A DNA stretch of 64,000 nucleotides, taken from assembly GCA_044892505.1 (NCBI GenBank), contig CM097882.1:161200001-161264000 (forward strand). Reading direction: 5' to 3'. Under the pieces are notes generated by a model that was not told the origin of the DNA, ran no database searches, and saw only the letters and a list, made by a program, of their open reading frames with translations. Positions within the stretch are counted from its first letter, which is position 1. Every line of letters begins with the position of its first letter. This DNA is from Schmidtea nova. Its lineage: Eukaryota. Of the stretch, positions 56,570 to 64,000 are shown piece by piece. The position numbers were made by a program, and so were the translations under genes.

Positions 56570-57450
56570 TCTATGCCTCTTTATTATTTTTGTTGGGTTA
56601 TTGGGTTTGTTTGTGAAATTTAAAAGTTACCAATCAAATCTCTGACTCCAAATGCTTGTTTTATTAATCAATAGAATAACAATTACAACATGAATCTTTA
56701 TTGATATCACAACTGGTTTCACTATTAAACTGGTACAATCAATCAATAATATGAAAAAATTATACAGTGCTTATTAAGATACTTATGTGAAAAATAGCAC
56801 TCGTGTACAATATCCGTCTAACAAACACTAGCTACTGATTTCGATTTAATAATGGGTAACCAACTATTTGTTTTCTTTTCTTTGACTTGAAAGTCGACTC
56901 AAACTTTTCCCAATAAATTTCTAAATCGATTTTCCTTAATCAATTTCTCAATAAATTTCTCAGTAAGTTTCTCTTAACAAGTTTCCCAATGAATTTCTCT
57001 CACAAATTATTGCTATACAACTTCTTTACAACAAATTTGTATTCCCACTCGAATTTTCTTCTGATTCAACTGCACTAACCTTTGCTTTTATAGCCCGCCA
57101 AATTTTGTAGTACTTAAAAACAAATTTGTTTTTCAACTTTGATTTTTGCCTTTTTCCACAGCTGTCGTGAAATGCCCTGCTTTTCCCTTCTGTTATTCCG
57201 ACTTTTCTCTTATCATTCCGATATCTTTGACAGGCTGTCAAGATATAGTTTTCTCCTTGTTGTTTGTTTTTTGATTTCGGAATTCCTTTTTGCCTTTATG
57301 TACTTTTTAATTAAGATTGACCTTTCTTCGTTATTTGTTCGATTTCTTTTTTTTCACTGCCATGTTTTCGTTTCTAAAGCTTAGTTCTTCAAACATCCTT
57401 TTTCGTTTTTCTCTAAACATCCATCATTCACCCTGTTCATTTTTCCCCAA
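56570..57450 (-). mobile_element. Decayed LTR-retroelement gag-like fragment; related copies at 59670-60420 (-) and 62830-63640 (+)
   Basis: Three mutually similar segments (CAGCTGTCA..GATA motifs, CCCAATAACCCAACA end) with remnant knuckle-like Cys patterns. Confidence 0.5.
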
Positions 57451-57811
57451 TTATTTTATTTATTTGAGTCAATATTTAATTTATTATTAAGGCATTTTCC
57501 ACATTTTTTACGCTAAACAACTGATGATATTTGCTGGTAATAAGAAATTGGAACACTGTGTTAATTTGTTATTTAAATAACAATCACGATAAGACTGATG
57601 TGTTATTAAATTTTCCTGATCCCGATACTGACATGAAAGATTTCCAGGAAAATCTTCCTCTTCCTTAACATTCTACTTACTTATTCGTAGTTTGGGAAAT
57701 ATCTCTTTAAAACAGTGACATAGAAAAATACACCAAAAACTTCAATATTTTTAAAAACATAAAGAATTTCAAAAATTTCAAAAACTGATTATCAACATTT
57801 ATTAAAATACA

Positions 57812-58219
57812 TTAAGCGATTCTAGCACTGTTGATTTTCCAAATCGGAGACACTGCTTCTTTTGGATCTACTTTGTAGTCTTGAATCGTTACAACTATAA
57901 ACCAATTTTCATTATCCATAAATTCAACGGATTGAAATAAGTCATGAAAGTAAGTTTTCATGCTGTTGATAAATATTGTTTCATTGCATGACAATTTCTT
58001 GTTGATTTTCCTAAACACTTCATTGATTGCAACAACATCTTCTTTATAAAGCTGACCGATTAAATTGGAATATTGCGAAATCAACAGCTTTACCGGATAT
58101 GAGAACTCGAATGGTATTTCATTTACTAAGAAACACATTTGATAATCTTGACACATTTTAACCGGTCTGAAATTATTTTTGGTTTGAATTGATTTGGTTT
58201 CGTTCTTAACGGGTTTCAT
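57812..58219 (-). CDS. Orphan 135-aa ORF
   Basis: Long for this AT content; no domain recognised. Confidence 0.4.
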   Translation of the reverse strand: MKPVKNETKSIQTKNNFRPVKMCQDYQMCFLVNEIPFEFSYPVKLLISQYSNLIGQLYKEDVVAINEVFRKINKKLSCNETIFINSMKTYFHDLFQSVEFMDNENWFIVVTIQDYKVDPKEAVSPIWKINSARIA

Positions 58220-58497
58220 TTACACTGAATATTTAATTGGACTCGATTTTTGATAACTGAAGGGATTTTGCAATATATGGCTGTAACTAATTTTGTTTGC
58301 TTATTTATACTCGTCATCGTCTGTGTGCAGTTTATAAGATTCATGCTTCTGTATAACATATGACATGCATCTCTTGTTCATGTAAGGAAGTTTATGAAAT
58401 TGAATGTGTGTCCAAGTGTGCATGTATTGCATTTTGATTGAATATCTACTGCAACTTGATTTATAGTATTATTACTATTGTTTTTATTTTTATTTTT

Positions 58498-59060
58498 TCA
58501 AACAAAACTATTTTCGCTTGTCAATATTCTCACTGATATTAATTTGTCCTTATTTTCTGTTTGACATTGGTGAAGATGTCTATATACAGATGACTTTCCA
58601 CCAGGATCAAGATGTTCTTTAATTCTCTGATGCAAAGTCCGAAGGGTGCTTCCGATGTAAATTTCTTCGCATTTATTACACATGATGCTATAGACAATGT
58701 TCTTGCAAAAGCATATTTTCTTTGGTGTTTCACAATTTCCCATCTTACATGTATTTTCCTTTCTCGTGTTGTTAGCCAGGGCTTGCCTCAATGTCTTAGA
58801 TCTATGTGCCAAACGAATCGTAAGACCAGTGAGATTAAATTCTTTGATGATCATAAAATTAATTCGGTCATTGATGAAAGGAATTTGAAGGTAGAAATAT
58901 TTTTTTTCCTTTTGGGGGTCTTTCTGCCTTCTCTGGTTGAATTTATTTTTGTTAATCTCGTTAATATTATGGTATCCATTACGATTCAGGACTTCAGTAA
59001 ATATTCTTTGTTGTACTGAATTGTCCTCTTCCTTTATGCATCGATTAGCTATCCTTTATT
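58498..59060 (-). mobile_element. Penelope-like element 3' fragment (GIY-YIG endonuclease)
   Basis: VLNRNGY...LQIPFI upstream in frame, then NIVYSIMCNKCEEIYIGSTLRTLHQRIKEH. Confidence 0.88.
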
Positions 59061-61584
59061 ATTACGAGTTAATTTCAAAGACAAATTGTAATTCTGGTGA
59101 CAATTCTAAAAAATATTTTGTGTTGGGTTTTATTGATTTTCGATTAATTAAAAGGACACGAGGAGTTAGATATTTTAACCGATCTTTAAAAAACAAAAAT
59201 AACCCAACAAATTAATTTGTTTTTTTATTTATTGCTTTCCCCATAGACCCCTCACTAAATTTTTATTATATTTAGGTTCGTCTCGAGATTCCGCGTTCAC
59301 CCGTGCCTGTTTCTTCCGGAAAGTATTAAAATCTGATTTGTCTAATAATTATTAATTTTTGTACTTTAAATATTTAGATGTTTTAAACGATGTTTTCCTC
59401 GCTTTTAATTATATAATTTGTTTTATCAACACAAACTCTCCTATTATGTAAAGGGATTATATAAAAATATTCAATTCTTTTATGTCAATCCTTTTTATAT
59501 TTAGTTTTTCATCTTCAATGGATTTTACTAGTGCATTTTACAATAGTTTCAAGATTTGAAAGCTTAATAAAAGCTACCAAACGTCTTGCTTGACTTTCAG
59601 CGCACGAGTGAGGATTTTAAAAAAACAACACTTTTCCACGAAATATCTTTTCTTGGCAAGTTCCTCTCGTATTCATTGTGTTGGGTTATTGGGTTGTTGG
59701 TGAAATGGTAAAAGCTAAAAATCAAACACCTGACTCCAAAGCGTGCCTTTTAATTGTACCACAAATACCAATTAACACTGGAAACCTTATTGAATGTCAC
59801 AAATGGCTGGTTGGTTTCTTGATTTGACTTGGATTTTCGCCAAACTTTACTCGGTTATTAACTGAATAGGTTCCTGCTGTTTATCCCTTTGTTTTTGATT
59901 CTCCTTTTTACTCTTCTTTAAATTTTCTCTTAAGTTTTCTGCTTCGAATTCTCTTCCTGATTCTCTTCAATTTCTCCAAATAAATATCTTCGTATTGTCA
60001 TCTATTTCGTTTGATTTCGATTCTCTATTCCAAGTATTTTCCACAATATTCTGACTAACAACGTTCTCCTCTCCCACGTTCTCTCTAACAAACATCTGAC
60101 TGCTTCTGTCGTGCTTCCTCCTTCTATACCTCGTCAGTTTGTGGCACTTAAGTTTATCTGTCGTTTCCCATTTTCCTCCACATAATTCCTGGACATTGTT
60201 CTGCAACGGAGTTATCTCTAACAGCTGTCAAGATATTCTCTGTTTTTTCTTTTTGCCGCTCCGGCCTGTTTTCTTTTCGTTTTCGTTATCTCTGACAAGC
60301 TGTTGAGATAAGTATATTGTTGTTTCTGTTTTTCTCAATTTGAAATTTTTTTTCCTTTTGTACTAATTAATTGGTGCTGACCTTTATTTTTGTTTTCTTA
60401 TCTGATTCCTCTTTCTCATTTCTTGTTATTTACGTTTTCTTTTACGTGTTCCCATTGATAGTCTCCTTCGCCCTGACGATTTTCCACCATGTAATTTTAT
60501 TTATTTATTCATATATTTGTTATTTAGATATCCTCAACAATTGTAAGATTATGATACCAATTTTCTCCATTTTTAAATGGAACAAATGGTACCAAAGTGA
60601 TATTTTCTAGTTCAATTATACCATCAAATAGGACGTCTTCATCTTCTTCATTGATAAGCCTGGGATCATTTCGTCGGTTGCCTAGATATTTTGATTCAGA
60701 GTCGCTGGCTTGAATAAATCTTATAGCTTCTTCAGCGTTCATTTGAGAATATTCAAGAAGTCATTTTTATAATAAATCCACTTCTTTATATGCAAATAAA
60801 ACATTATAGAATATTCGAAAACGTTATAGATATTGTTTTTAGATCATTCTTGATAAGTTACTAATAATCGAAATTTAAAGTTCCCCCTTCTGCCACGTCC
60901 AGGTATACATACAATTTTTCATGATTCTTTTCCCTCATTCAATATCTTATTTTAAAAATTATTATATTTATGTTCTAATTAATTTAAAGAGTAAACTAGA
61001 GAAATAAACACTAAAAGTTTATTATTTATAGGTATAATAAAAATAAGTTAAAAACCTTTTGTGGCCCACTGTAACCACTTCCATGTAAGTTAATTTTCAA
61101 TTAATATTTATTCTTTCACATCCATTCTCAAAATCAAATTACAAAAATAATTTTGCGATTTTGACATCTATTTCTCAAATAAGAAATTAAAATTCTATAT
61201 GAAGATAAACGAAAATTAAAAATTTGTTTATTAAATAAATTTAATCCTTTTCCAGCTGCAGCTCCTTTATTTCTAATTAAATATCTATTACCATTTATTT
61301 TGCGAATTAGCTAATTTCAACGAATCAAATCATTATGTTTTAGTTATTTGAATTTGATACTACTTATAAAATGCATATAAAAAATTATCTAGAACATTAA
61401 ACTGTCAAAATACAAATATATTAATTTTAGAGTACTCTAGAGTACCAATACATAAGCAAACATAAATTACATTACTCTCACTATCCTCTCAAAAATAAAA
61501 AACGATCCTTAATTTTTAGCGATTGAATATTCAGTTCACGTCATAAAACAAAGCAAATTGAGTTTCTAAAAATAAATTAAAATT

Positions 61585-62001
61585 TTAATGTCGGCTTCGC
61601 CTGCGGCGACGACGTCGTCGTCTTCTACGTGATAGACTGGCAATCGATCGCCGTCTAGTTCTGCTAGATCTCCTGCTACTCCGACTTCGACTTCTACGTC
61701 TCCTACGTCTGGATTCATGTCGCTTAGAATCTATATCGGCTTCGGCATTTGACGTATTCATATTGGAATAATTCTGATAACCAATACTAGAACTTATAGG
61801 CCCATCACCTAGCTGAAATGGATTGATTTCAATTGGTGAATTATTGTTGCTTCCAGTCATCAATGACTTAGAAACTAATCTTCTTTTGACAATAGTTCTT
61901 CGTTTTTTACTACTCAAATGATCTCTTCGGCGCCTTCTAACAATTATTTTCTTCGGCTTTTTTGCTTTCAGAGAACTGCTTAAAGACTGCGATATAGCCA
62001 T
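61585..62001 (-). CDS. Protamine-like / Arg-Ser-rich basic nuclear protein
   Basis: Single 138-aa ORF with basic N- and C-termini (poly-Arg, RS dipeptides) around a neutral linker. Confidence 0.7.
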   Translation of the reverse strand: MAISQSLSSSLKAKKPKKIIVRRRRRDHLSSKKRRTIVKRRLVSKSLMTGSNNNSPIEINPFQLGDGPISSSIGYQNYSNMNTSNAEADIDSKRHESRRRRRRSRSRSSRRSSRTRRRSIASLSRRRRRRRRRRRSRH

Positions 62002-64000
62002 GGTGTTTAATTTTAAATTTAAAATATTATTAATAAATCATTAATCAATTTGAATTTCAAATGTTGCCTAGGATTTTATTATTCAATTAGAAAAATTAAA
62101 TAACTGTCGAAATTTATTTATTGTTGATATTTATTGTTTTAAAAAGTTTTCATTTTAATAATTTGTTAAAAATATTAATGGCAGCTGTTAAAGAACAAAT
62201 TGGCTGACCTATTGGGTGAACTATAATTTTCTATTATAAATATTTATTTTGAACGATTTCGATATCAAATAAAAACTATTAAAGGAAAATTTAGGTTGTA
62301 TAATGGAAACAAAATTTGCAATTGCTTTAAGTAAGTGCATCAAATAAGACTATTTGTAGGATAGAAAGAAATTAAATACACACAAACACAACTTATAAGG
62401 CAATTGCCGTCCCTTGGGAATCAAACACGCAATAAATACAATCCTTATTTTACATGACAGTCTTGAATATTAGACCTTCTGAACATTCGGATGGTCTTTT
62501 ATTTGACACTCACTTTTCTAATGATTACCACAAAGCCTTCAAAAAATATTTTTGGACGATCTTAGGCTTATTTTATATTTTCCAAATATTAATTTTTTCA
62601 AATCTTGTGATTAGTTTTTTAATTTAATTCGTGGGTCTGACTGAATTGACTCAAAAGTTGGTAATGCTGGTTGCTGAGGATACCTAAATAATAAATTAAA
62701 TATCATCACAAATAAATAAAATGGACAGGGTAAAGGATGAGATATTTTGAAATTCGGAGAAAGAGGAAGGAAGAGCAAAACATGAGAAATGAGACGATAG
62801 CGAAACAAAAGAAAACGAACAATTAGCTAGAAAAGATCATTCCTAATTAAGAAATGCAAAAAGGCAAAAGGAATTTCGAAATCGAAAAACAAAACAAGAA
62901 GAAAAATTATATCATAGCAGCTTGTCAGAGATATTAGGATTGCAGGAGAAAATATTCGGAATAACAAAAAAGAAAAGCAGGGCCTATCTCGACAGCTGTC
63001 AGAGATAAGGCAGGAATTGTGAAGAATGCAAAAAGCAAAAATGAAAAAAAAAATTATTTCAAGTACCACAAATTTGAGGAGCTATAAAATGGAAAGCCGC
63101 AGTAGTGGAATTAGAAGAGTTATTAGAAGAAATGTATTGAGAGGAATTTTAGATTAACAGAAATTTGAATTGAAGAAAGAGATAGTGTGAAACGAAAGAA
63201 AATCTGTGGAGAAAATTGACATTGAGAAGAATCAAAGTGTTTTATTAAAAACGTGGATCAAAAGAGAATTTAAGAAGAATCTAGTGAATTTAAAGAACCC
63301 AGAAATTAATTGAATAAAAGAGTCGAAGTTTATTAAGTCAGTTTTTCAAGTAGAAGCAAAAAAAGCAATTAGTCAGTTACCCATTGTTGAATCTAAATCA
63401 GTAGCTAGTGATCGATAGACGGAGATAGTATACACGAGTGCTATTCCTCACAGAGTGCTGTAAAAAGCACTGTCGTATTATTGATTGGTCGTACTTGTAT
63501 AATTGTGAAACCATTTGTGATAATAATAAAGGTTAATGTTGTTAATCGTTATTTTATTGATCAATAAAGCAAGCTTTTAAGTCAGAGATTTGCTTCATAA
63601 TCTTTAAACTTCACCAACGACCAATGACCCAACATGGTTATGGAAATTATTCTCTATTGTATTTTGTTGAATAAATGAAAACATATTTGAATAACTTATA
63701 TTCGAATAGATCGACACTAAATATTAATCAAAAGCTTCAATATGCATATGTATGTAAGAGTGTACACCATATAACAATAAATACCACTTTCTATAATACT
63801 AGTTGGTGTGTATGGCACTGATTATTTAGTGGTTTATTTGATATCGAGTAAGTAATTTTAATAATAATTATTTGATTATCGTTTTAACATAATTTTGTAG
63901 ATATTTTTATTACTGTTTTCTGATTTATTATTACATTTAAAATAAGTAATTAATACTTGAAGCAAATTTATTTTAATTAAATTTATCATAAGAAATTTCT

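Noticed and set aside
60524-60742. piggyBac-like N-terminus (MNAEEAIRFIQASDSE)
   Set aside because: No catalytic region, TIR pair or TTAA TSD found.

Overview
AT-rich eukaryotic window made almost entirely of nested transposable elements. The host is probably a flatworm (planarian): short ~45-100 nt GT-AG introns and YDKY-type eggshell-like genes point that way, but I cannot confirm the species. The main feature is the 5' ~21 kb of a giant minus-strand Ty3/Gypsy LTR retroelement. It has a 3.87-kb 5' LTR (17098-20964), a tRNA-Pro-like PBS and a ~5-kb leader carrying an IAP-type RING gene and structured RNA. Its single 2676-aa ORF fuses Gag (3 CCHC knuckles) to three ubiquitin-like domains, two Bcl-2-like regions, a TRAF-type MATH domain, an AT-hook and a viral-type envelope glycoprotein. 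pol (PR-RT-RH-IN) follows in the -1 frame, runs off the left edge and has one in-frame stop. To the right is a three-level nest: a mariner split by a solo LTR of a related family (4-bp TSD), which is itself split by a ~9-kb foldback/Polinton-like element with AP-1/CRE and E2F site arrays and a second RING gene. The rest holds two near-identical secreted Tyr/Lys/Asp-rich genes, a protamine-like gene, a probable third LTR with two orphan ORFs, MITEs, and decayed Tigger, hAT, Gypsy and Penelope fragments. There are three N gaps. All domain calls come from motif recognition by eye, not from database searches.
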